Shown here in pieces: positions 42,510 through 56,050 of a stretch of 64,000 nt of DNA. Where the stretch lies: NCBI GenBank assembly GCA_004764695.1, contig SMSO01000032.1, positions 7,224,483 through 7,288,482 of the forward strand, written 5' to 3'. The DNA comes from Schizochytrium sp. TIO01 (Eukaryota > Protista > Bigyra: Labyrinthulomycetes). The translations under genes were made by a program, and so were the position numbers. Below the pieces are notes generated by a model. That model was not told the origin of the DNA. It saw only the letters and a list, made by a program, of their open reading frames with translations, and searched no databases. Positions within the stretch are counted from its first letter, which is position 1. Every line of letters starts with the position of its first letter.

Positions 42510-43088
42510 ATGGTTAAACGTGTTAAAGAAATCGCGTTGTTATTTTTGCTCCTTGCAAACCCGTTAAGCGTCAATGCATCAAGCTACTTGACTTGTGGTG
42601 AAAATGAGAGTTTATGCTGTGATTCAAAGTTATCTGGTGTCACTTCTTATACATTAACTGCAGACGCTATTGAGGGTTGTAACCCAAATTGGCAGAATTT
42701 GTTTGAAAACGCAAGCATGTTCTGTGCACGTCTAGTGCAAAAGTATGAAGGATCTACAGTGGACGCAAGCTCTTGCTGGTGCGGAGACCCAGACAAGCCA
42801 TATGACAGTGGTGAGTGGCTCTATGATTGTGATAATCAGGTATGTGCTATCGATCCGTCTGGCACATCTGCTAGTTTCCCAGCGTTTTGTTCAATTGCAC
42901 AATCAGCAAACGACATGGTAGCTTTATTGAGCACGACAGCTATAATACTAATCATTGCTGCTATAGTCATTTGTATAGGAATTCTTGTTTGCCTTCGTCG
43001 TGTAATTAAAAAGTACTTTTTCAGAAAGAAGTGGCATCCGGCGAAGGTTACTGTGGTGCGACCAAGCGAGCCAAACAGTAAGCACTAA
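42510..43088 (+). CDS. Cys-rich single-pass (type I) membrane protein, paralogue B
   Basis: Signal peptide MVKRVKEIALLFLLLANPLSVNA. Same 10 Cys as paralogue A (ESLCCD, SSCWCG, W.YDCD, P.FC). TM AIILIIAAIVICIGILVCL and a basic tail. First ATG at 42510. Confidence 0.85.
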   Translation: MVKRVKEIALLFLLLANPLSVNASSYLTCGENESLCCDSKLSGVTSYTLTADAIEGCNPNWQNLFENASMFCARLVQKYEGSTVDASSCWCGDPDKPYDSGEWLYDCDNQVCAIDPSGTSASFPAFCSIAQSANDMVALLSTTAIILIIAAIVICIGILVCLRRVIKKYFFRKKWHPAKVTVVRPSEPNSKH

Positions 43089-46000
43089 TATAATACACTG
43101 TTCATTTTAAAGATAGCCATAGTTCAGGACTATGCATGTAATCAAAATGCAAGAAAACTTGCAGACACGTTTCGGGGCTTGCGCTATTTAGAATTCACTA
43201 TTTTGTTGCAAGATAAGTGGATCTGACTTATACTGATTTTATAAGACATATTCCAACTTTTGACCTGCCTCCTTTGAAGTTCCATCTGGAAATTACCAGC
43301 ACGTGCATACCTCTTTCGTACATATTTCAAATGGCTTGGGAAATGGCATTGCTGTAATCTTTTTAGTACAGCTAAGTAATTCGATTACTGTTTTTGAATA
43401 AATCCAATTGCAGAAGATTGTTCTTAAAATCCAATGCAAATGATCCACCAAAGAATCTAATTCAAAAAATTGATGTAGTTTATGTAATGCAATGATTTTA
43501 GCTTTCAGGAGAAGCAGGACTTGTGTCTGATAGACGTGCGTTGAAGGAAAGGATTAGCTTAAGTTCTCTCTTGGAACAAATACCATATAGAAATGAATAA
43601 ACGTAGCACTCAAAAGAACATTCTCTGAATAGCTACTATGAGAACTATAACTTTTACGCTGCATTGCTGGTGTCGCACATGATTAAATATTCGAGTTCTC
43701 ACCGGCCGATAGGCTGTACTTGTCTTGCATTGTCAAATTTATAACATTCGAAAATGTTTGATCGATATCAAATTTCTATTTCGGGGTGCCTTTAAAAAAC
43801 CACAACTATTCAATGTGTTTCAAAAATATTTATTCAACTCAGCAAGTTCTCGCACAGCAAACGAGAAATCGCATTGCAGCGTTGGACCAATCATATTCTC
43901 TTGAAAATTGATCGTGATTGTATACATTGGAAAAAAAGACAAGCTACATCAAGGATGACAGAGTGTAAATTTAATGTCAAGCATTGAAAAGGAGAAGTAC
44001 TTCTGTGATATCTCCTACTATATTACTTGTTGCTTTGACAATTCGCGACAAGCCTCCGAAGCAATTATTGAACGTGTTTAGAGTTATGAGTATGACTTAG
44101 CGACCAAGTTGAGACAATGTTAACCCGATTGTAGAAAGTCTCCTCCTTTATTCAGAAGCTGCCCTTGGCGATTCTTTTGCTTGGCGGCAGCTCTGGTCAA
44201 AGCAAAGCGCTTGCATGTGTTGGAGATTCGATCTCAGCTCGTCAATCTGAGCCTGCAACATATTTTGGCCCTCAAGTTTGTTAGATCTTTTCTGCGAGCG
44301 TTGGCGAGACAGAGAACTTGTCCTCAGTGAAACCGAAACTGGGTACTCGTCTACTCCAGGCTACAAAAAGGCTCCAAAAGGGACTCCATTTCATTGAATT
44401 CTATCTTGATTAGAACTCCAGGCTAGCTAGAGTCTTGATCGCTCTATTACTAATAGTTCATATCATTACTGTATACTTATGGAATAGTTTCCTCTCGTAC
44501 TCATACTCGTAGGGAAGTGGTGCACGCCATTTACCCTCATTGATTTCCAAGGTTGAATATTAGTTGTAGGTGTCTACCAATCTTTCAATTATTTATCTAT
44601 ACTTCTCCTCTAACAATCAAGTACCTTGACTGCGAGACAAACGTGCCTGATTGAATTGATTGAAAGAAATAGATGGTGCCCGGTCTTAATTCAGGATACT
44701 CAGTACAGCTTTCTAAAAAAAGCACGTTTACTCTTACAAACTCTTATAAAAATATATTGAATAATAAATAAAACCGTGGTTTTTATTTTTAGTTTCCCCA
44801 AAAAATTTTAAAAGAAGAAGAAGAAAAATAAAAAAGAGCAAGTTTTGCAGACCACTGCAGACCACTTCAATTTCTTCCACCTGGTTCATAAAAAGCCTTT
44901 CAAGTTCTTCAAAGCTTGGTAAATAAATAAAAAATGAATGAGTTATGAAGATCTTTGGTCTTTATTGCGTAGTTATTTAGAAACTGGGCTAGGTACCTAC
45001 CAGCATTTGAAAAGAGAAAGAAAAAGAATCACAGAATTAGAATATGTTCATTCTTCTGAAGAATTAAAAAAAACAAAAAAACAAAAAACATTCATTCTTT
45101 TGTAAGAAGTGTGGTATAAAGAAGTTTATAAAGTTATAAAATAGCGATGTTTATAGACAGAAGTAAAGTAATAGAACTGGAATACAAACTTCCGCGGCCT
45201 TGGTCGGGAACTCCACTTCACGAGTCAGCAAAAGGTAAAGCGAAAGGTAAAGAAAGACTTCGGGTACGTGCGTCGAGGGTAGCAGGCAAGCAGGCAAACT
45301 AACAGTTTGGCCATAATTTTCTAAACTCTTCAAGAGGTAACAGGCAAGATTCCTACATCCATTCTCATCCATAAATTATTCTAGTCATCAAAACCATTGG
45401 TTCGCCAACGTCCAGTCAGAAGTTCAAGCAAAGGCGCAGGCGTCGAGGCGTCTACCCAGATCGGCTCAAGTTCTTCTTGGCCAGGTTGTTTGCGTTTTAA
45501 AGCAGAACTTACATAACACCCAGTATTTAGGACTAGAATGTTCGAGCTTGTCGAACTGAAGTGGGGCACTGGGGCATGCACACGGTCACGCACGCACGAA
45601 ATGACGGGGACCTAGGAAAGGGACTCAGCAGCAGACAATGAACTTGTCATAGAGGGCATTGGAGCAGCAGCACGTCTCCGGTCAGACAGCCGAGAGTTTC
45701 TTGTACCTTTGTGGAGTTGCCGCTGCGATCTAATCGTAGGAACTTGAGTTTCGCTGGCTCGCTTTTTGATGTGGTGCTGTTGGTTTAGAGAGCCTAGTTT
45801 CTGGGATCTTCGATTGTCGTCATGGAAGATCTGCTCGCTTGGCCGTAGTCAATACAATAGATGGAGCACCACGTCTCATTAAATGGGTCGAAGCTACGTT
45901 TACTTTGGAGGTTCGAATTGATGTCGCATTAATTTGTCATTCGGGGTACTCCATATCTGCGAAGATTCCACGGAGTTTTTGCGCAAGGTTTGGTTGAAGG

Positions 46001-46855
46001 CAACTTGAAAAAAAAAACGCGCAGTGGATGAAGATAAATACGGAAGTAATTTTGAAGACTTTGTTTTGGAGTCAGGAAGGCACGTTGTTTTATGAAGATC
46101 GCTGCAAGCGCAAGTGCTGTCACAAATTGGCTACCTGTCTACCTTGCCAAAGAATGATTGGTCAGGTTGATTTAAAAAAACGAGCCAAGCTAACACGTGT
46201 AACGCCCCATTAAAACTTATCCAGTCAGGACTTCCACGGACGCTTGGGCAAGTGGAACAACGACGCACTGCTGTTGCGAGGGTAGAATCCATGTTCCTAC
46301 AATGAGTGAAATATACCCTGATGATAAATCGTGAAAGAGAAGTGATGGTGGTATGTAGGTACTACCAATTTATCACACTCTGTATCAAAACCAAGGCTCT
46401 CTTTCTATCACTTCCTACTATTTGGTTCTTAAGAAGATTGAAGTCGCTATATCATTTGACCTCTAAGTCGTACTTCCATACAAGCAGAACAAACAAAGAT
46501 CTATGATAGTTTCAAAGAAAAGGTAGATGCCGCACTATAGCGGCCAAGATCTTCCGTGGTAAGTCAATAGTACTTGGCATTCATGTGCCTGCCTGTTAGA
46601 GCACGTGTATCGTGTCCGGGTCGTGGCCAAGACTGCTTCCACTGGACCTCAGTGTCAGCACAGGTCGAAAATGGAATTAAACTACTGAATGGAAGGATGC
46701 AGCTTCTCTCCTGTCCTATAATGTTCTGGGTTTTAATGATATGTGCCGATGGGTTTTTATTTGCGGCTAATCATGAATCACACATTCAAACTTTGTTCAA
46801 TATTCTGTCATGGTGATGTGTGATCTCTATTTGACTGTACAATTTGATTGATGGC

Positions 46856-46858
<3 letters not shown>

Positions 46859-46887
<29 letters not shown>
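46859..46887. repeat. (CT)n microsatellite
   Basis: Directly visible. Confidence 0.9.
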
Positions 46888-46890
<3 letters not shown>

Positions 46891-49800
46891 GCCTTTTTCC
46901 TTACCCCCACGAACTGCATGCACTGTGGTAGATTTACGTTAGTGTTGGCATTCGAAATATTGAAACTCTCAAGCATCACCTACACCACTTAAGCTTCCGG
47001 GGTAATGCGTTCGCCTAGCATTAAACAGAAAAGTAAATACATCGATCTAGAAAATGCAAAAAAAAAAAGAGGCAGAAAAAACTCTCGATGGGAATTAACT
47101 TGGTAGAAAACTAGAAAAGAGCCTTTGCTAAGGAGAACAAATGCATGGAAACGGAGAAGAGAATACGGGGAAATATTAAAAAAAGAAAGAGATTATAGAA
47201 AACAGAGGAATTGAATCAATGAGCATGTTCCTATAAATTATGAATTTGCCAAGAGCTGTTTCTTAAATACCCAAATGCAGCAGTTGTATATATGGACCTA
47301 TTCCGTAGAGGTCTTGCCAAAACCCGGTTCCTCTTCTCTAACTCAAATAATAAAGTTTGCCTACTTTCAAATCACGCTGATAACTTCTGACTGAACCGTC
47401 TCAAAAGAAATGTGACTACCTTCGAAAATATCACGGTCAATATCAAGTGGCATTGTTTATTTGTGCATTTAGTTTCCTTCTCTTTAAAAAACAAACAAAA
47501 TAGAACACAACTTGTTTGGCGTGTCAAATTTGTTGCATGAAGGATTCAAATGACCTGAGTGCTTATGATCCTAAATTATAATACAAGCCTATGTTTTGAA
47601 ACAGTATTCTAAATGGAACTTTTATTTTGTTTCATCGCAGTTCTGTTTATATGTCTGTGAACATTGTTATTCTTATTGTAAAGTGAGGAAGCAAACCGTA
47701 TAATCATTACCGAGATTGCTCGAAAAGCATCTAGAAAGCTCAACATTTTGAAAACGCCGATCCACAAGAGCTTGATACAACACACGAGCTATTATCACAT
47801 TTATAGTCAGGCCCTTGATCTCAAAAAGGTTATGAGTTTAAAATGGGATAGTTCTTCTATTAAGCTAAGTCCAATGCGTAGGATGCGTCAAAATCCTTTT
47901 CCAAGGCTAAATATAGAGTGTACATTGATGTTGCTGATTAACTTTTGAGAGCAAAGTCTGCAAGGTATAAGATTGTTTTTTTGTGAACTAAAAAGAAGAG
48001 ATCTATCCTCATAAGAATCTGTGCAAGATGGGAATATATCTTTTGTTCGCCTGCTTTCATGTCACTGTAGCGCAAAAAGCCAATCAACCTGTAAAAATAA
48101 CTGCAAAGGCCATCAGCCAAATCAAAGCAGTCTGAATTATATATTACAAGTCCACTCACGTTATAGAGCTTGATGATTTATATACTTGCGCGCTTTCCAT
48201 ACGCATATGGTGTAAATATACTGAAGAACGTCTTGGTTTTTTAGCGCTCAATCAAAAGTGACTGTAAGACAGGAAAGAAATGTGAGGAGCAGATGAAAGC
48301 CTCTGCAACGTATGGACTTAGTTTCTGTCTCTTAAAGATCCATTGGTGGATGCACGAACATATTCTAGGAACTCGAGAGCTTACAAATATATACATATGT
48401 ATTAAGCAGACCGCGTAGATGAACAATACTCCAAAGTTAAACAAAAAGGGTCAAGCTACTTGAATCTCTCTCAAACAACATCCTGATAATTTGATAGAGC
48501 TAAGAATCCAAGGCAAAACCTGATAGACAATAACAATCAATAAGCTCAGCAGACTTGGTATTTTCGAAATGTGAAGAAACCCAAATTTCAAGCAAGCAGA
48601 AGGCAAGCAGAGTAGTAGCAGTAGTATCAATCTAACCAATAGTCTAATATGACATTTGCTTAATAACCTATTGGTTCACATAATCGTCTGTCAAAAGTTC
48701 GCATCTCCTTTCGCACATGTAAATTTGCTTGATTATAGTGTTAATGTGGCGATGTTGTCCAATCTGTATTGCACATCGATTCAGAATCTTACGCGTAGTT
48801 TACGCGTCACAAGTAACAACTAGAGTAAAAGGCAGACAAAATTTGATTGTACTATTTCTATATTTTGTTTTAGTCTTATCGTCATGGTCACTCAGGGGTT
48901 ATAGCCTTTTCTGATCAAATTTCCATTCACTCTTGAATAATTGTGATTGGTATTATTCATACAACGAGATGTCCAATATCACTGGAATGACACTAGTGTC
49001 ACTGATTCTAAACCTTGGTAATTTATAGACACTAAAATTGGTATAGTGTAGTGGTGAATCTCTCGTTCGGTTGTCCAGAATGGCACCAAGTGCGAGTGTT
49101 TGGCCATGACTTGCAGTTCAAAATGATGAAACCTAATCTGCTTTCGTCGCTTATTGTCTCTCTTGTGACGCAGATCAAGTTGATGTATCAAGGAGGAAAG
49201 AAATTAAACAGAATTTACAATAGAATTGCGTAGAGCACTTATTTCAAAGAGCTTTCAGCGTCTATGGTGCTTATAAAAAGGATGGTTAAAGCTCAAAGAG
49301 ATTCTACTACCGTCAATGCCCGCTAAGTTGATGAATGATTTAATACCAATAAATCGAGGTGGTTATATTACTACCAAAGCCAAACTCATGAATCAATGTT
49401 ACCTGTAGAACTTGACACACGTATCACTAGCACACTCTTGGTCGTTGCGAGTATGGTTTGGCCGTATTTTCCATGATGAAAAGAGTCGCCCCGCTTCAAA
49501 GTCGGTTGAAAGTGAATAAGAACAAGACACTGATTTTGTCTTCGACATAACGTGCAGTATTTATCAGACGGCGCAACAATTTTTTACCTTTTTCTATTCG
49601 ATTAGTTGGATTTCATTCTATGCATGACCGTTAACATAAGAAAGGATTTATCTGAAAGGTCAGATAACAGCTTCAGGCTCTTTCATTATTATATTCTTAT
49701 TTGTGACAATTGTATGATAGAGATTTTGAAGATCTTAAAGCAAAGTAAAGAATGAGCACTTATCACATTAAGGCTCACTGAAAGCATCTTCGAAATTAGG

Positions 49801-52400
49801 AGTTTTCCTGCAATACGAATGCATGCGGGAGCATTGCAATTCATACTTATCAAAGTCCCGAGGGATTGCTTGAATTTTAACAAAGGATACAGTAGGTCGA
49901 AGCTTAAACAAATTATTTGAATATCGAGTGTGGAACCATACCGTCTTAAAGTATGATCGCATCTGCTCCTTGAATGTATTTGCATTAGAAAGATCAGGGT
50001 GTTGTTAGTTTATAGACATAGATTTCCAAAATCATGATTTTGATGGTCTGTATATATATACTTAGACCAATTTTGGTTTACGAAGCACAAGAAAGATTCA
50101 AATAAAGTCCTTGCAAAGTGCATCTTCTTGACTGTCATGCCCCCCTCCTCCCCTCTTAAGACCATGCGAATCTGCAGTAGATCTCGCTTGTCTTTTTTAA
50201 TATAAACGGAATTTGAAGAAGCTACTGCCAACCTCTGGTTGAACGAGTATCCTGCATTCTCATGCACGATATTGCCCTAAGATGGATGCTCATTGAAGAA
50301 TCCAAATACGATTAGGAGAAATTGCAATATGAAAGCGCCAAATATCTAGATTCTAGCATAATGTTTTCCCATATACATGTGTGTTCGTGTTCGCGTTTGG
50401 CAAGATTTTGAAGTTGGTAAAGTTTCTAATGCTTTCGCCCTCCTGAGGAGTTGAGCTTTTTTATATTACAATATTCTATCAAGTTAGAAACGAGAAGGCC
50501 ATGCCTTCCATAGTTAAAGTTAAGATAATTTCCTACTGTTGAAATTCTTTGTGTAGCAATACTGATTTTCTCATACTTGAATAATCAAAAGTCCAACCTC
50601 ATGGTTTCGTAAGAACAGTTCTTTGGTCTCTGCATTACTTCCGAATCATTAAATAAAACTACGGTTCATTCAACTTTAAAACTTAGGCTTTTCAGTTTGG
50701 TGGACCATGGTAGTAATAGAGCCTTCCTGAAATGCAAGTGCGGCTCGGCACCTGCGGTTCGTGCAATTGTTGTCTTTTTGGCATTACACACATGTCGCTC
50801 TATCACGTTCTTGTGCCATGCTGGGGCACGATTTTTCGACGATCGATCCTTTGTTCCTATTCGAAGAATGAAGCTAAAAGTTAGAAAAAGCAAGCTAAAA
50901 GTAAGAGCCTGGAAATGCTCGAATACCAACAGATCAAATAATTATTCGAATGTGAATGATCAGAAAATCCACGATCAATCAAATAGAAGGAGGGGTTTCT
51001 GGGTTTAATCCTTAATATCGACTGCTCTATCAAAAGAAAAAAAAATAGGCTTACCAAGTATGTGGGGTATCTACCAATATAGCGTGCAAGTACTCAGTAT
51101 ATATTTGTTATTCTTCAGGCCTCTCGGGTGTCGCTATTTCGCACACCACGACGCTGATGAATTTCTTCGAGGAGACTGTTTACCATAGTCCCATGTTGCC
51201 CTAGCCTCAAAACTTGAGGGTTGGATATTTGGCTTCCCCCCCTCCTCGCGAGCTCTTGCACTCTCCACTTGGGTTTGGGGCATTCATTCCATGGTGGACA
51301 GTAAGCTCACTAGGTTCAAGTAGCTTCTACTACTACTCCATCGCTGGATTGATTGCAAATTGCGTTTGCCCCAGCGTCGCGCAACTTCTTCCCTAAATCA
51401 CACGTGCAGCTCTTGGCTTGCCTCACAAAGTGCGACGAGTAGAGTGCTATTTTGGTACCTCGTACCGTCCTCGCCGCAAGAAAAACCAAGCTAGCGCGGC
51501 ACTCTAAACTTATGGACATGAAGTTGCCACTGCGAAACATGGAAACGCTAGGTATGTGTGCGTTCTGAGGGTTTTTCCTGATGATGTAAAACAGCACAAG
51601 ACTTTGTTCCAAAGCATCGCTGCGGGACATGACGACACGGCCATTGAGGCACTTCGTCTGCATTTACAAGTAAGTACTTGGGTACCTAGGTCTGTATGCC
51701 TACGTCTTTTAGATTCCATGGGTCCCGCCCTGCCTGCATGAAAGCAAGCTATTCATTTGGACAAGATCTCCATTCATGATTTCACGAAAACTGCTCGATG
51801 GGCTGAATAACCCAACTTGAGTACCACAGGACAGCCAGCATCCTTGCAGGGTCCCCGGAAAGCTATAAAGGAAATAAATAGCCTCCGAAGGTGATTCCCT
51901 TTCCATGCATACAGAAACATCATCGTCATGGTAGCTCTAGAGACTCCCTACCATTTAGAGTATTTTATTGAATGAATCCCTCGATATGATACGATAGTTC
52001 TATACATGTTCTGAATTGCTCCTAACTAGTCCTGGCTCAATCTGCGATCTGTTTCGGAGCAACCTGCGCAATCTCTCTTCGCCAAGACAAGCAAGTAGAC
52101 ACCTTCAACGAGTAGGTGTCTGATTAACTTGTTTCTATTTTCATGAATGAATCCCGATTACAATATAACACCACTTCGGCCTTCGAATTAGAGAGGAGAG
52201 ATCAGTTTGCAGCCTAAGTTCGAAATAATGTCCTCTAGAACCTTTCGAGTGACACTCAGCACTCTGAAAGATACATAGATCAATCTACCATTCGCCATAC
52301 ATCGGCTGCGAGCCAACGCCCCACTGACATGAAGGCTTTTCCATTACCATTTCTTTTCGATTTTCATTTCTTTTTTCTTTTTATAGGTAAAACTTGAAGA

Positions 52401-52451
52401 GCAATGCAAAAAGCAATGCAAAGCAATGCAAAGCAATTCAAAGCAATGCAA
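52401..52451. repeat. 10-bp tandem repeat GCAATGCAAA, ~5 copies
   Basis: Directly visible. Confidence 0.85.
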
Positions 52452-52921
52452 TTCCTGCCAATCGACCTTCGACAATCTTCGCTGCCGAAATCAAAACCAG
52501 CGGCGCTTGGCTCAAGTCTCGGCGCTGTGCCGTCCATAAAACTAAACTAAGTCTGCGTTAAACGCGGTTGGATGGAGGCCCATATTCTCGTTCGGAATCG
52601 AATCGTTCAAGTTCTGGGGCCACTTTGCATTTGATTCTTCTTCTCCGCTCTCGTTTTCCAATGCCATTAATTCCACACAAATGAATCAGCCATCAATGTC
52701 GAAGACTGCACATCAATCTCCGCCGTGGAAGAATTCGGAGCAGGGAATCAATCAAACTCGTCACTCGTGGCGCGGGCGCCTCCAGGAGCCGCAGAACCAG
52801 GCGGATCTGCCCCTGCAGACCGTCCGGCCGCAGCTGCGTGTCGAGTTGCATAGAGACTCCGCCAGAGAGCACATGGAGACGCTGAGCAGAAGGAAACGAA
52901 CTAACCAACGAAGTTAGATTG

Positions 52922-52958
52922 ATTGCCATTGCCATTGCCATTGCCATTGCCATTGCCA
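52922..52958. repeat. (ATTGCC)n microsatellite
   Basis: Directly visible. Confidence 0.9.
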
Positions 52959-55900
52959 GTTATTGCGTTCTTTACCTTTTTGCTACAGCGTCGACCTTGG
53001 GACCTTTGCGTTCATTCTTACGGAGAGGATGTCGGCGCCATCCAATTGCAATGCGTTCTTCTGCGTGGAACAGAAGAACGAAGTGCCTTTGGGCGGAAGG
53101 CATTTACTTTACTTCATACTCGGAGTGGAGTTTTCATTGCTCGCAATTCGGAAAGCCCGCTCACCTGCTGCGGCTTCATATTTTTCTTCGACAAACTCGA
53201 GGATAAAATAATCAGAATATCGCTCGATTCTGGCGCACACCTGGATCCAAAAGTAGCACCATCAGCGTCTGCGGCTTTCAAGTTGTTCGCATTTCGTCTC
53301 GAGTTGGATCTTTTTGATATGGATCGAAGACCTCACATAGAATCAAAGATGATTGATGATGGTATGTTATTGTTCAAGAGTTCAAGTCAGTTAATTTGCC
53401 ATAAATATATGTAGCTTTTTGTAAATTTAAGTTTTAATTGGCCTTGTTAATTAAAATTTTATTAAAAAAACAACAACAAACATACAAAAATAGAAGATCC
53501 AGCGTGTGAACTTGCATGCATCGCTTAAGTCTCTAGGCCTTCAAGCCATGTTGAGGGATTAGAGAATTGTATTGCAGAGATATTGAATGCCTGGTGCAGT
53601 TTGCAGAGCGTAAAGTACGAACGCAGAAATAAACTTGTACGACTTCGTTTTGCTCCCCTGCGGTATGAGACTAATGATGTAAGAAGCACCAGACGCAGCC
53701 ATCTTAATTAAAAGAAGATGGGTAGAGTATTTATTAAAAATAAATACATATTTTTTGTTTATATTTTAATTATCAATAAGCTATAGAGAGCAGTGATAAT
53801 GAGGCTCTTTCAGCCAACAGTTGTCTAGCAAGTGCTTCAATCAATGTTTTGAGACAATTTTGAGTTCTAAGATGCCAAAAGGGCAGACTAAGTAAACTCA
53901 CAATCGTGTAAAGTACAAGGGTGACTTCTTAAAAATATTTATTATAAAAGTAAAAACTCGTGTCCTCTCTTTTCACACACAGAATACACGCTTTCATTTT
54001 TATGTTTTGCTTATTTTGATATTATCCCCATGCTGATTGAAAAACTAATAATGAATTTTTAATTCTCTTTATGGCAGCGAGGTAAATTACCAAAAGGGAC
54101 TTTCCTCAGCTCTGATTAATATGGCAGGGCTGCAGGCCGAACAAGGCGCGTGCTGTACAACTAAGTTCATCATGCAGCAGAGCACTGGACGTGGCTTTCA
54201 AAATTAGAAATGAGAAAATTAAGTTCTATAGTTATTTCCAAGAAAATGAAACGAAACAGTACAGGTAGGAAGGTAGCTCTACGTTTAACATATTTGGCGA
54301 TTCCGCAGGATGACAAGATGGGGAGATGAAATTAATGCCACCGACCCTCAATTATCTAGTTCAATTACTAGCAGGAAGCCCAATGATGAACAAGAACTTA
54401 GTCTAAGATTTGTGCAGGCTTCAAGATCGAAAGTTTCAAGTTCTTGTGCGGCGAATTTGCGTACTTGAAAACACTGTCTCCACAATGCACCCATCCCATT
54501 CGAATTTTCTGCCTAATGCTGACAATGTGATTTCGGCTGACACGACGCTTTCCTCATTCTAATTCGTCTACAATAAATAAATTCTATTAATCTTCTTGGT
54601 TTCTGCGTTGTAAAGCTAGCTAGTGCAAGTTTGGGCTTTGTAATAGTTAGGTACATTGCCATTTGAGGTGGTTATTTCTAGCTAGTTTAGATAGACGAGG
54701 ACACTTATAAAAAGCATTGCCTAAACTCTTGCAAAATCAGTTTATACTACGATGGTGTTGGAGCAAACAAAGTTCCGGCGTATTTCGCACCCAAATATCG
54801 GGAGCAGATCCTGAAGCTCAGATGCATTCTGTTGATTTCGAACGTCAGAGGACCCGTCTCCTTCTCCCGATAAACTTCGGTATCGCTGCGGTCGCATCAC
54901 TTCAAAACCCGACCACAGAGTGAAAGTGAACCAAATCGAGCTTAGCTGCCGTCAAGTTTGTTTTCCTTGGGGTGTATTTCGATGGGGAAATCTTCGAGTT
55001 TGCACAAAAAAGAGTACAGCCCACGGGTTATGGGCCTACTAGTTCCGGAATTCTGGTGGTAAGCCAGCAATTACCTCAGATGCTGCAAGCTGTCCCTTGC
55101 AGTAAGAAATGCTCTGAGGTCTGCACTCGATTTCATCACGTACTGTCGAACATTTGCAAGTTTCCTCGCGACCTCACCTGGGGCTGAGGTGACCAGGCCA
55201 AATTTTGATATCACTCATGGTCGCTATCCTCTTCTATTATTTTTCACGGCGATGCTCGCTTACTTGCTCATCATGCGTGCGACTGACAGCCGCATAATAG
55301 CACGTCGGTGGTCTTTCTATAGCCAGCCAAAACCCAGCCCGTCTCTGGAAATCTCTTCGTCGCTGCCATGCACTCCTACATGCGTGCATCGTCGTCAATC
55401 GGTCATGCCCGTCACGAACCCCAATGCTCGCTGTCTCCTGAGCCCGACTCCCAACTTTCCAATGCTGCAAAGGCGCCCAGGGCCCCGTGGCACACTGTAA
55501 CGCTAATCCGAAAGAGTTTCACAGCAACTTCTAATCTCTGGCCTGACTACATTTACATTTGGGCTGCCGAGAACACCTCCGTGTACCTGTAGACAGCAGT
55601 AGGGAGGCAGTAGGCATGTAGGTAGGATTACGGCATCGAAAGAAAGAAAGCACCGCCGCCGCTATCTTCGGCTTTGTAGCCAGCGGGATCTTCAGCACCT
55701 CACTTGATCCCACGCACGATCAGAGCGTGTCTCTCTCGATTGTTTGCATTCTCGCGAGTGACGAACCCTCGCTCTTGAAGAGGAGCTAAGTAGGCTGTCT
55801 CAGTCTCGATCTAGGCTGGTCTCTCGTTGCACGCCATCGACTTCGAGGATACAGGGACTGGCTGTCCTTCAAGTTGTCTGCTCGTTTCTTCAAGGTCGCG

Positions 55901-55995
55901 AAAGGATGAGTGAGATTGCTATCTAACTCAAAACTATATATATTAAAGTACACAAAAGAAAGAAACATTACTTTTTCAACAACAACAACAATAAC

Positions 55996-56050
55996 AAAAA
56001 GAAAAAGAAAAAGAAAAAGAAAAAGAAAAAGAAAAAGAAAAAGAAAAAGA
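55996..56050. repeat. (AAAAAG)n microsatellite
   Basis: Directly visible. Confidence 0.92.

Noticed and set aside
43638-43682. CWC-encoding sequence downstream of paralogue B as a possible third copy
   Set aside because: Only a 14-codon ORF (MRTITFTLHCWCRT) without the other cysteines.
48451-48639. Signal-peptide-like LILLLLLCLP followed by FLHISK, resembling a sulfotransferase FLHIPK motif
   Set aside because: No in-frame ATG, ORF only 62 aa and no downstream motifs; at best an unidentifiable relic.
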